Source: Paraspadella gotoi (taxonomy: Eukaryota; Animalia; Chaetognatha). Taken from it: DNA of 23,805 nucleotides. Where the stretch lies: assembly GCA_051294375.1 (NCBI GenBank), contig JBJCIZ010001266.1:1-23805 (forward strand). The letters are read 5' to 3'. Under the pieces are notes generated by a model. It saw only the letters and a program-made list of their open reading frames with translations. It made no database searches and was not told where the DNA came from. The translations under genes and the position numbers were made by a program. Below, piece after piece: positions 1 to 10,932 of this stretch (positions within the stretch are counted from its first letter, which is position 1; each line of letters opens with the position of its first letter).

Positions 1-189
1 GACGAATGTCACCCCGAAGATGGCAGTCGCTCGGCTTCTTTTGACCTTCTGGACCCCTTTTCTGTTATGACGGTTCGGTGTTCTTTATCATTAACGGAAA
101 AAAAATATTGGTCTTCGTTTTTTTATGATACAAAAAAGAGAAAGAGAGAGACGGAAGCACCTGCCATCTTCACCTATGACGTATCGCTC

Positions 190-245
190 GAGAGATGAGA
201 AGAGAAGGGAGAGAGAGGACAGAGAGAGAGAGAGGAGAGAGAGAG
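190..245. repeat. imperfect (GA)n microsatellite
   Basis: Purine-rich GA dinucleotide run with a few interruptions, seen directly. Confidence 0.85.
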
Positions 246-451
246 TGGCGATCCTCCTAATCATCGTAATCATTTAAAAAGATCCTTATTTTTTTCTTCT
301 TGAATAAATAACGATCCGGGCGGTAAATGTCGCTACTAGAATTCCTCATATGCGTGTTCTTCTCATTAACTTACCCATTGTTAGAATACGGGAAACTTTC
401 AACCTAAACCCTTCTGGATCGAATGACAAAGCCCTTTTTAGATTCATCTCT

Positions 452-548
452 GAGGAAAGAGAGAAAGAGAAAGAGAGAGAGAAGAGAGAGAGAAGACAAG
501 AAGAGAGAGAGAGAGAGAGGAGGAGAGAGAGAGAGAGAGAGAGAAGAA
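452..548. repeat. imperfect (GA)n microsatellite
   Basis: ~95 bp of GA/GAGAAA repeats. Confidence 0.9.
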
Positions 549-961
549 TATTAACGTTATAGCAAGATTTATATCGAGTTTTTTAAATTACCGACCTGAA
601 ACTGTATTGTTTACGCTCACACAAATCTTACGGTGAAAAAGTTTAGTTGAACCAAAACACAACGTTATTCCTCATCAGAATACTATTTTTTTCCTCGCTC
701 TCGACCGTTCACATCATATCATCTCACTGCCCGTCTTCGTCATACCTCCTTCCTACGCCTCCACACTTCACACTCCGCACTTCACCCTCCACATACACTT
801 ACACTCCACGCGTCCTACCGCCGCTCTCCACTCCACAACTTCACAATTCACCACTTGAAATACCCCGCCAGAGAAGCCGCCCTTTCCGCGCCACCGCGCG
901 CCTTTACTCTTACACCCTCATCGAATTCACCTTTTTTATACACCCTCGAGAGAAGGAGGAG

Positions 962-996
962 TCTCTCTCTCTCTCCTCTCTCTCTCTCTCCTTCTC

Positions 997-1029
<33 letters not shown>
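962..1029. repeat. imperfect (CT)n microsatellite
   Basis: ~68 bp pyrimidine-only CT run. Confidence 0.9.
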
Positions 1030-1148
1030 GTTCGTCTTTATTGTGTCCGTTGTTATTCATGCTCCGTATTTTTTACCTCGCGTTGGTTAGTACATCCTCC
1101 CTTTCGAGTCGTCAAACCTGATGCCGAACTACGGCTCTTGTCTTTGTA

Positions 1149-1250
1149 AGAGAGATGAAGAGAAGAGAGAGAGAGAGAGGATGAGAGATGAGAAGGAGAA
1201 GAGAGAAGAGAGAGAGAGAGAGAAGAGAAAGAGAAATAAAGAAAGAGAGA
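1149..1250. repeat. imperfect (GA)n microsatellite
   Basis: ~100 bp GA-rich run. Confidence 0.85.
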
Positions 1251-1344
1251 ACTGAAGGAAATTGACTCTAAAAAAGAAAGAAGTAAGCCTGGCTTCGATC
1301 GATGTCATTTTCTTTGAATCTCTCGAGAGATCCGTGGCCTCCTC

Positions 1345-1383
1345 GTGATGCAACATAGTGATGCAACACAGTGATGCAACATA
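1345..1383 (+). repeat. 13-bp tandem repeat, 3 copies (GTGATGCAACAYA)
   Basis: GTGATGCAACATA / GTGATGCAACACA / GTGATGCAACATA, head to tail. Confidence 0.9.
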
Positions 1384-2132
1384 CATAAATTCGTGGCAAA
1401 AACTCGGGTCGTCGACTGCACAGACGGAACAGCGGAACTTGTAAAAGAGCTTCTCTGCTTGAAACGCTCGCCGCTTCGTGGGTAGCGAGTTCATTGACCC
1501 ACCGAGCGTTAAAATATATGCGGTCGTCGTCTTCATCCTCGTCGTCGTTGTCGTCGTCTTCTTCGTCCTCTTTTATTCGTCGCGATTGACGTTCGTCGCC
1601 GACAACGTCAAAGAGCGACACGGAGCCGCCAAACAGACCGCCAAAGACAATGCGGCGGCGCACAATCCTTTTAGCAATGCTCCGCCACCCGCTATAATTA
1701 AAAGCCACGCCCACTGATCTTGCGCCCCTTAACGACCAGCCTCTATCTCTCTCTCTCGACTCGACCCTTCGACCTCATTGGTGATTCAGGTTTTTCCGCT
1801 CTCTCATTCTCTTTGTCTCCTTCTCTTTCTTCTTCTTCTTCCCTTTAAATCTTACCTTTCTTTTTCATCTCCTTCCTTTCCTTCTCAATTTCCATAACAA
1901 ATCCCAATTAGGCACGCGTTAGGTTTAGGAATCAAGAAGAGAGACGGCGCAGCGTCGAAGCCTTCGCGGTTTAAAGTTGACGGAATAATTAAAAACAAGA
2001 AGAAATCGTTAATTAACGAAGGAATACATTTGTTTTTTTAATATGTTGCATGAAATGGGGACTGTATGAGGGGAATTCTATGATCAAAGCCTTACAGGTC
2101 AAATTGTAACCTTCATATTCATATCAGATTAC

Positions 2133-2134
<2 letters not shown>

Positions 2135-2172
<38 letters not shown>
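2135..2172. repeat. perfect (CT)19 microsatellite
   Basis: Uninterrupted CT run. Confidence 0.95.
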
Positions 2173-2176
<4 letters not shown>

Positions 2177-2569
2177 TATTTTCGCACCGCTTCGAATCCG
2201 TCAGACGCCGCCTTCGACGCCACCTCCCGAGATGAACGCTGCTCGTTCCACTCATCCAAAGAGCGAATTGAAATTCCATCGGCCATTATTTTTTCTTTCT
2301 TCGCCGAGATTCCTGCCACTCGGGCGCGACCAGCGTCAGAAAGCCACTACCTCACTTTTCATTGATTTTCTGCTTTATTTTCGGTTTTTTTTTCTAAAAA
2401 GTTGTTATATCTTTAAATTTACGACTTTTTATTATTTTATGATAGTACAGTAACAATGGGGGCAATTTTTTAGCAAGACTTTTGTCTAAAGAATCATTCT
2501 CTAAAACCTGCCATGGCCTTTTAACACTTTGATTACGCGATGACTGTTTTAGATTTCATTGTCAGGCCA

Positions 2570-2594
2570 NNNNNNNNNNNNNNNNNNNNNNNNN
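2570..2594. other. assembly gap (25 N)
   Basis: Run of 25 N. Confidence 0.99.
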
Positions 2595-2815
2595 GTAATA
2601 TACGGTGTGTACTCATGAGAGTTACCATTTTTTTTAAAAAATTTTGTTTTGAAAATAACACAGCGTGACTCCTCCCTTCTCCAACTATTATAAAGATAAA
2701 CAAAAACATTCAATAAAAACAAACATCAATTGAAGCTATAAAAAGCAAAAGAGAGAAAGAGAGACTTTGGCGTACCAGAACACAACGAAGTAATAAAAGG
2801 AGGAGGAGAGAACAG

Positions 2816-2852
2816 AAGAGAGAGAGAGAGATAAGTTAGAGAGAGAGAGAGA
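2816..2852. repeat. short interrupted (GA)n microsatellite
   Basis: Two GA runs separated by TAAGTT. Confidence 0.75.
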
Positions 2853-3260
2853 AAGAAAAAAAATCGTAGACAGCACAAACGGAACAGATAGACGAAGGCA
2901 ATAGACTGTCAGGATGTCTAACAGGAAGACAGGCCAGTCAGGCAGATTTCAAATCGGACCGACAGAATATAGACAGAATAGACGAAAAATAGACGACCAA
3001 ACAAGCGCACAACAAAAAAGAAGAAAAAAAAGACGGAAAAAAAGAAAGAAAGAAAGGAAAAATAGGATGTGATAACTGCTTTCCCAAACAAACGCGGATC
3101 CGAGTCTCCCCTCCCCTCGATCCTCGCGAGACGCGGGCCCAAAGCAACATTTAATAACCTATTACAAAATTAGACGATTCTCGAGATTGACAAAAGAAGT
3201 TTGAGAGAATCTCTTTGAAATTCCCCAGTTTATCAATCGCCAAGGTTAAAAGTAAATTTA

Positions 3261-3362
3261 GAAGATGAAGAGAGATGAGAGAGAGAGAGAGGCGAAGAAA
3301 AGAGGAGAAAGGGAGAAGGGGACAGAGAACGGGAAAGCTTTCTTCTCTCTCTCTCTCTGCTC

Positions 3363-3396
<34 letters not shown>

Positions 3397-3454
3397 ATCT
3401 CTCCTCTCCTCTCTCTCTCTTCATCTTCATCTCTCTCTGCTCTCTCTCTCTCTC
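3261..3454. repeat. (GA)-rich tract followed by (CT)n tract (opposed microsatellites)
   Basis: GA-rich 3261-3330, palindrome GAAAGCTTTC at 3333-3342, CT-rich 3343-3454. Confidence 0.85.
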
Positions 3455-4169
3455 ATCCTTCCAATTAATATCGACTACGCGCTTTCCTTCGCCCGATAAA
3501 TAATTAAACCTTTAATAAACGTGCTCGGTTGAATCAATCAATTCCGTTTCACACGGCTATTCAAGAGTCCCTAATCTCCCTTTTTTGTCACAGTCAAGAG
3601 AGCAACTGCAAACCAAATAATACGACTGCACGTATCCTATGTTCTCGTGCAACAGTAAGGACCGTTAGGAAATGGCCACAGCCTTGCATTGTTGTGCAGA
3701 AGCTTAAAGCTATATCAGTCTATAAATATATAATATCAAAAAACAATTTAGCGAATGAGTTTATTTGTTTGATGCGCGTTTCATTTAAATTAAAATATTG
3801 TATTCTTCAACGATATTATCACTATAAACTGCCAAATTGCTTCGAATCCTCGAACAGGGAAATTTTTGTTTTCCGTGCGCTCTTGAAACAAATTCAAAAC
3901 TAGGAAAGTGAAAGAAAAAAAGATACACAATTTATTTGATTTTCCTCGCGGCTGACGAAACTGCGTAAACAATTGCTCAGAGACTTTCTTGAACCAAAGA
4001 TCAAAGATGAGCAGGCGCTGTTACATGACTGAGAGAGCGAAAGAAATAGGCAAAGCTCCATCTAAGATAAAGACGAAAATGGAAAAAACGAAGTGGATAA
4101 TTCGAAATAAGAAAGAACACAAGAGGAGAAGGTAGGAGCCAGGAGAGAACGAGTAGAGTATGAGCCGAG

Positions 4170-4240
4170 GAGAGGAGGGATGAGACGAGAGAGAGAGACG
4201 ACGGAGAGAGAGAGAAGAGAGAGAGAGAAGCGAGGAGAAC
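4170..4240. repeat. imperfect (GA)n microsatellite
   Basis: GA-rich run inside repeat copy 1. Confidence 0.8.
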
Positions 4241-5210
4241 GAGACGATAATCGAGAACATAAAAACGAAAAAACGCCACAATGGCGTATGGAAGTGAAAA
4301 CTAATCCAGAGACATATCTCGCATCATGACAATCTCGTGATGACTGCGTACTCTCACGAAATAAATATATGATAGGCTCTTTCTGTCTGATCGGTCAAGA
4401 CAGTGACGATGCTCTGTCTAGATTTGAGACGACGGGAACAACGGGAAGGCAAAAAAGACGGGGGTATTTGAAGGCGAAATCCGGTGGACTGAAACGAGCG
4501 TTGGGTGAAATGAACTTATGTTTAGTTATGATGAGGATTTTAAATTGTAAAGTTTATCTTAAAATTAAAAAATACATGTCAGGCAGTCACAGCTCATACT
4601 GAAGGCTAAAGCATGCACTCGGTCGTCAATGAAGGAGGGGAAAGAGAAAGATATAAGAGGATCTATGGAAATAAAGAAAGAAAAAAAATAAAGAGACTAG
4701 AGAAAGAAAGAAAAAAGAAAAAGAAGAAGAATATTAGTTAATAAGTAAATAAAAAAAGAAAGAAGAGAATAAATAAAAGAATAGGCAAGCAAGAATAGAA
4801 AGAAGGAAAGAAATGTAAATATTTAAACATCAGAAACAAAAAAGAAAGAAAGAAAGATGTTGAAATATATACAAATATAAAAACATTTTAGTAAAAGCTT
4901 ATGTAAATAAAAGACTAAATTATACTGTATAGAGTCTAAATTTAGATTAGCCAAAAGATGCGTTGAAAGATGTTGAAGGGAAAAGAAAAGGTGACAGAAG
5001 GATGGAGGAAAGAAAGGAATTGAAAGGCAAGTAAGGATTCCAGACCACAGTAAAATGTGCTTATGAACAGGCAAGTAAAGGACTTGAGAATAAAGATAAT
5101 GAAATTAAGTTCGTGGCAGAAGGCATGGTATTCCTGGGGGGACTTGGAGGCTCGTCAGGCTAAGACGGGATGCAACAAGCTTCACTTTTCCTCGTCGGTC
5201 ACGTTGCCTG

Positions 5211-5262
5211 GGGAGGAGAGAGAGAGAGGGAAGAGAGAAGAGAAGAGAGAGAGAAGAGAGAG
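5211..5262. repeat. imperfect (GA)n microsatellite
   Basis: GA run; its counterpart in copy 2 is at 21737-21870. Confidence 0.85.
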
Positions 5263-7075
5263 CAGTGCAGAGAAGACGAGAGACGAAGGAAAGAGAACAG
5301 GGAGAACAACCACGAAACAAGACCAGCTAGTGAGAACAGAAGACGAGAGAGATGAGGGAGAAAGCGAAATAAACATTAAAGAGGAACTAGGAACGGATCG
5401 TGAGATAGAAGACTAGAGAATGACAGGACCTAGAGGAGACCAGACGAACTGCATTTCTAATCGTCCACGATACCCACGAACACACGCACGGATCGGTACA
5501 TTATAATTCATACCGACAGTCCAGCACGCTGGCATACAACAATCGCAGAGTAGAGGGTGATGGAGAGAGAGAAAGGAAGGCTGGTTCTGGGAAAAAAAAT
5601 AAAAAAGCCTTCCGTTTAGCGATCGGCACGAAATCTCGCAGGCAACAAAAAGATTGGCGCTCGTGTTATTAGTTTATGAGGTTTGTGGAATTATCTTTAT
5701 GGTTAAACAGGCACTTAAAACCCGCGTTTTCTTACATCGTACCAAATTGTTAAGGCAAATCTATAGAGCCTATTGTAGAAAGATTTAATAATACAATCGA
5801 TTGCAGATAGAAACTGATATGTTACCTAATATTATTTGAGTGTGTTTTTTAGAATGCTATCGCCATATCATCGTACATACGAGAAGGGAAGCGTCCGTGT
5901 ATGGAATAAAATTATAACAAAACTGGTGAAATACACAAACGCCGTAAAGACAAACAAAAAATTGAAAAAAAAAGAAGATAAATGAAAATGGAAAGAAACG
6001 TGACTGGAGAAGAAGAAAAGGAAGGAGAATGAGAATCCGAAAACCCACTTCTAAAAATGGAAAAACGGGAACGATTGGATCCCGACTGGAATAGATTGAA
6101 CTACAATGAATAGAGGCATGACATGCAATGAAACCACAAGAATGAAAAAATGAATCATTTCAATAAATGAGGAATCGATGAATCGACAAATTAGGAATTG
6201 AAATAATGGAATAAGAAAATTCCAGAAAATTTGAAATGAAAGTGGACGTCGATTCATTATGAAAGTTACAAAGCATTTAAAAAAAAATTTAATAATAAAA
6301 AAATTTAATTTAGTCTATTGAATATACAGTATATTTAAGATGCTATCATTGCCTTCTTTTAGCATATTTATCAACAGAGAGGGAGTTGAATGGACAATAA
6401 GAGATAGACACAAACGCTCGCTTAAAAAGTCTAACGAAGGCTTCAAAAAGGCATTTTTCTTTCTGCCGTTCTTCTGGAACTCTTTTCTTCAGCCTTATAT
6501 CAATGATCTCTGTCCCGCTCTTCTGGCTTCGGTCTCTTCTTCTCTTTGAATTTTCCTCTTTTATTTCCTCTTTGTGATTCAACCGACGAATCTCGCTCCC
6601 TTTTCACATTCCACATAACTCGACTTTCAACCGATTTCACCTTTTCTCCTCCCTTTTTCACGTACTGGCGACCTAAACTCTCTTTCCAGTGGCTGATCTC
6701 CCTTTCACGCGCCTTCGATTCACGACCCTCGGTTCAGACTCCCCATCGCGATTCAGAGGGATTCACAATCCATCCTCGCTCCTGGGCGAGCACACCTCAT
6801 CCACTCGCCTACCTTCCCCTTTTGTTTCCCGCATTTTCTTGTCAGATGAGTTCTTTTTTCAACTCTCTTCCCTTTCGACTCAACAATTTTCATTACCCTG
6901 GTTGTTATATATTTCCATTTATGTTTAACAGTAGACGCAGCCCTACACAACCTCATTTCATACTCCTCTCAAGTGGGTAATGCACTGGTACAGCTTGCAA
7001 TCTAGTCGGGAGCCTGACAACATCGTCGACACAGCCTGATAGTCTCCAATAAATCAGCCTGACCGAATCTCAATG

Positions 7076-7122
7076 GAAGAAGGAGAGAGGATGAGCGAGA
7101 GAGAGAGAGAGAAGAGAGAGAG

Positions 7123-7186
<64 letters not shown>
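7076..7186. repeat. (GA)n microsatellite at the right end of repeat copy 1
   Basis: ~110 bp GA run, nearly pure from 7098. Confidence 0.92.
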
Positions 7187-7187
<1 letters not shown>

Positions 7188-7749
7188 AACTGGAAAAGGA
7201 AAAACATCAAAGAAGCGAATCAAAAATTGCATCTCTCTTCACTTGCATGTCGCTCTAATGTCAGTTCTTCTTCCTCTTTCTCTCTCTCCTTACCCCAGCC
7301 TCTTCCAGCCCCCCCAGCCCCCCCACGCCCCCCAGCCCCCATTCCAACTTTCCCTTACTCCCTTCTCTCTCTCTGCCTTCACCGAACAATAGGGTCCCCC
7401 CACCACGAGACGAGCATTATGTTCCACACGGGAGGTCAGAATCTCAATATTGGGTTTAGAGTTTGAGACTCTTATCTCTGGACTAAACCGGCTACCGGCG
7501 TCCACTGACTCCCTCTCTACCGATTCTCTATCTCTTTTCTCTGGGAAAAATAATTGAAATTAACGAATCCGAAACATTAAATTTTTTCCCGGAATTTCGA
7601 GAGCATCTCCGATGCCCGATCGGCCCGTATGCCGAAATTTGTGCGAGATCCGGCGATGGAGGCCGATAAAATGGCGAGACTGTTGGCTAACCGATTTTCC
7701 AGTCAAGTCCGACACTCTCTTCATGTTTCCTCGCCTGCTTTTCACCCCA

Positions 7750-8083
7750 CTCTCTCTCTCTTCTCCTCTCACTGTGTCTTTCATCTCTCTCTGTCTTACT
7801 CCCCATATTTCCACTTCCCTCTCTTTCTTTTCTCTCACTCTCTCTCTTTCCTTCTCTCCGTCTTCTACGTCTCTCTGTCTCTTTGTCTTTCCGTCATTCC
7901 GTCTTTCTGTCTTTTCCTTCTTTCTGTCTTTTTACTATTTGTTCTCTCCCTCTCCGTCTTTCATTCTCTTCGTCTTTCTCGATCTGTCCTCGTGCATTTC
8001 ATTGTATTTTCGTCTCTGTGTTCGTTTCTCCCTCCACTACCACTCGCCCCCCCTGCTCTCCCCCTCCCCCTCTCTCTCTTCTC

Positions 8084-8145
<62 letters not shown>

Positions 8146-8147
8146 TC
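7750..8147. repeat. CT-rich low-complexity tract ending in (CT)n
   Basis: Pyrimidine-rich 7750-8070, near-pure CT 8071-8147. Confidence 0.85.
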
Positions 8148-8805
8148 ACTTCCGGGAACTTTGTACGCTGTAAGAGACGGATTTACATGGCGGTCCGAGG
8201 CGAGGACGAGGCGCCGCCGTCTCGGAGAAAGGAAACCGAAGAAATTCCGAGGAAAATCGGTTTTTGGTTTCGACGACGACGACACGACGACGGAAGCGAA
8301 CTTGCCAGTCGGCCGCGGAAAATAATCGAAAAAGAGGACCTCACGCAAATGGACAAACGGACAAAAGCAGACGAAGATTGAGTCCACTCGGGCCAAGAAG
8401 ACAAATGTGGAAAAGAAGGATGGACCAGATGGAGAAAAAGAACCTCCAGACGACAATGATAACATGACGTGTGATATCTATTAGAAAACTAGGAACGGAT
8501 TGTAATCTAACCTTGTGTTGTATAGATTGCTCCCTCTATTTCCAGATAGACAAACAAACTGACTTCCCCTTCAAGAGAATTATATATGATAAGTAATATT
8601 TTTTTGATTAAAAGAAAAGCAATACATATATATTAAATAATATATATTAAATAGTTAAATCCTTCGTAAAAATATAAAAATATAATAATAGTGTTGTGAA
8701 CAAGTAATTTACAAATTTCATTATATAAGTTTAATAGCATTAAAAATGTATAAAAAGTTTATCAAAAACAAGTTTGAGCAAACAATTGTGGATCTGCCTT
8801 ACGAT

Positions 8806-8875
8806 AATTAATTAATTAATTAATAGATCGAATAATTAATGTATTAATTTTAATATTGTAATAATTAATTTTAAT
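8806..8875. repeat. (TAAT)n-like AT-rich tract
   Basis: TAATTAATTAAT runs; similar tracts at 9118-9157 and 10354-10408. Confidence 0.7.
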
Positions 8876-8994
8876 TTATATTCAACTTATCATCATCCGA
8901 TTCCTTAAAATTGGGTTAGCGACAGTTAATTAAATATTGTTTTGTTTACATTTTATCAAAACAAACAATTATCCTCTTTATTTTTATTTTATGT

Positions 8995-9048
8995 TCTCCT
9001 TCTCTCTCTCTCTCCTCACTCACTCTTCTCTCTCTCTCTCTCTCTCTC
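8995..9048. repeat. imperfect (CT)n microsatellite
   Basis: CT run inside the putative HINE. Confidence 0.85.
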
Positions 9049-9577
9049 TTTTTCATGCAATTCGATCGATCTTATGCCTTTCAGATTTTTTTTAACTTCG
9101 CATTATTTTTTCACATATAATTAATTTAATTAATTAATTAATTAATAATTAATTATTAAAAATTTATTAGTAATCTTAATATTAAAGATTCAAGTAAAAT
9201 GTGACTTATGTTTTTTCCATCTAAAACTCATTTCCCCTGCACAATTCGTCAATACTTTATATATTATCTTATATGATTAATAAATTATTTAAAAGCTTCA
9301 GTACAACAAGCCAATGAACTATTCAAAAAGTATATTGAAAATCGATTTTAGTAGTAAAAGGAAAAAAAAATTTAAAGAGAACTAGAACGTATAAGAAAAA
9401 TGTTCAATTGGCCCCGCCTTACTAGATATTAGGCCTTACTAGATATATTGCGATATGATAACAATGTTATTGGGAATAATAATTTATCAATTTTTATTGA
9501 TTTTGTAAGTATTTTACAGTATTTTTATTCATGAGTAAAATAACAACTTTTTTTATTCCGCTAATTTTTTATCTCTG

Positions 9578-9579
<2 letters not shown>

Positions 9580-9618
<39 letters not shown>

Positions 9619-9706
9619 TCTACCTCTCTCTCTCTTTGAAATTGCGACGTTCCTTATTGGCTCATTTTACTGCTCTCTCTTCTCTCTCTCTCTCTCTCTC
9701 TCTCTC

Positions 9707-9751
<45 letters not shown>
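9580..9751. repeat. two (CT)n runs separated by ~40 bp
   Basis: CT 9580-9635 and 9673-9751. Confidence 0.9.
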
Positions 9752-9752
<1 letters not shown>

Positions 9753-10619
9753 TAGCAATTGCGACTGATCCTTATGCTTTTAGGATCTTTTTTTTAACTT
9801 GTATCATTTTTCTGCTTCAAGTAAATGATGACTTATTTTTTTCATTTAAACTCATTTCCACTGGACAATTCCGTTCAAAACTTTATAATCTAGCTTTTTT
9901 CACACATTTTCCTACCCGCTCACAAAAATTTTCATCTCAATCTATTATGGGTTTAAAATAAGGTAAAAAGATTCAAGTAAATGTTGACTCATTTCTTTTC
10001 AGTTTGAAACTCCATTCTCCACTTCGTACGTTTCCACCGAAACTTTATATCAAGCATCGATACACATTTTCTACCCACACAAAAAATTGAACTCAATCTA
10101 TCATCCAATTTATGATTAATTAAGACGTACTTATGGTTAAAATAAGTTAAAAAGATTTTAGTAAAATGCGACTTATGTTTTTCCACTTAAACCTCATTTC
10201 CACTCACAACAGTTCCGTCAAACCTTCTATATCCAGCCTTTATCACACCACTTTCCTACCCACACACAAAATTTTCATTTCAATCCAACCAGCCAATCAC
10301 GAAGTTTATTGGAGCTTTTCTGCGTGGTACGGATGGACGGATTGATTGACTGGATTAATTAATTATGATTAATTAAATGAACTAAGTGATTAATTAACTG
10401 ATTAATTATTTGACTATAATACATCTGCATATACAGTTAATATAAAAGGAAAAGGAAGCATAGATCAATATACGTGAAACAGGTTTTTGTTTTTCCATTT
10501 AAACTCATTCCACTCAAAATGATTCCAATCGAAACTTTGGTTTTCCTGTTCACATCACACACTTTTCTACTCACATACAAAATTCCAGGGTCAATCGATA
10601 ATTAAGTGGTAATTAAGCT

Positions 10620-10932
10620 ATCTTGGTTCAACTCTGCATAATTTAATCAACTTGTCATCAATTTTGGTCAACTGACAAATTGGTTAACTACATAATTTGG
10701 TCTTCTACTGACCATAATTTGGTCAACTGACCATAATTGGGTCAACTGACTATAATTTGATTCATAAGATAATTTGGTCAACCCGGCATTTAATTTTGGT
10801 TAACTGGCATAATTTATCAAATAGCAATTGGTCAAACAGGCATAATTTGCGTCAACTTGCAAAACAGCTTGATTAACTTGTAATTTGGTCAACTTGGCCA
10901 TTAATTTGCGTCACAATTAGCATTAATTTGTC
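10620..10932 (+). repeat. 19-bp minisatellite (consensus CATAATTTGGTCAACTGAC), roughly 15 diverged copies
   Basis: Best adjacent copies at 10713-10731 and 10732-10750. TAATTTGGTCAAC-like cores recur throughout; followed by (ATCA)n at ~10936-10954. Confidence 0.85.

Larger units (their letters stand above)
3680..7150 (+). repeat. long direct repeat, copy 1 (~3.5 kb; copy 2 at ~20385-23690)
   Basis: Colinear shared anchors: GCAGAAGCTT 3696/20401; GTTACCTAATATTATTTGAGTGTGTTTT 5821/22258; CTAACGAAGGCTTCAAAAA 6431/22931; CAGCCTGATAGTCTC 7032/23563. The offset drifts from ~16.7 to ~16.5 kb. Weak similarity extends left to ~3465/20297. Confidence 0.93.

Noticed and set aside
962-1250. CT tract...TCCGTTGTT...GA tract as a retained PacBio SMRTbell adapter
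   Set aside because: Only a 9-nt partial match, the spacing is far longer than the adapter, and the flanks are not inverted copies of each other.
1620-1660. GCCAAACAGACCGCC (AKQTA) resembling the histone H3 N-terminus
   Set aside because: Only four residues match (KQTA) and the surrounding sequence does not continue as H3.
7009-7064. Three AGCCTGA motifs about 22 bp apart, also seen in copy 2
   Set aside because: The core is too short and the intervening sequence is unrelated, so neither a tandem repeat nor a binding array can be supported.
8150-8483. Charged, protein-like reading (..KKRTSRKWTNGQKQTKIESTRAKKTNVEKKDGPDGEKEPPDDNDNMTCDIY*), suggestive of an exon or retroelement ORF1 tail
   Set aside because: Short, interrupted by a stop, and with no diagnostic motif. 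Purine richness alone can produce such a composition.
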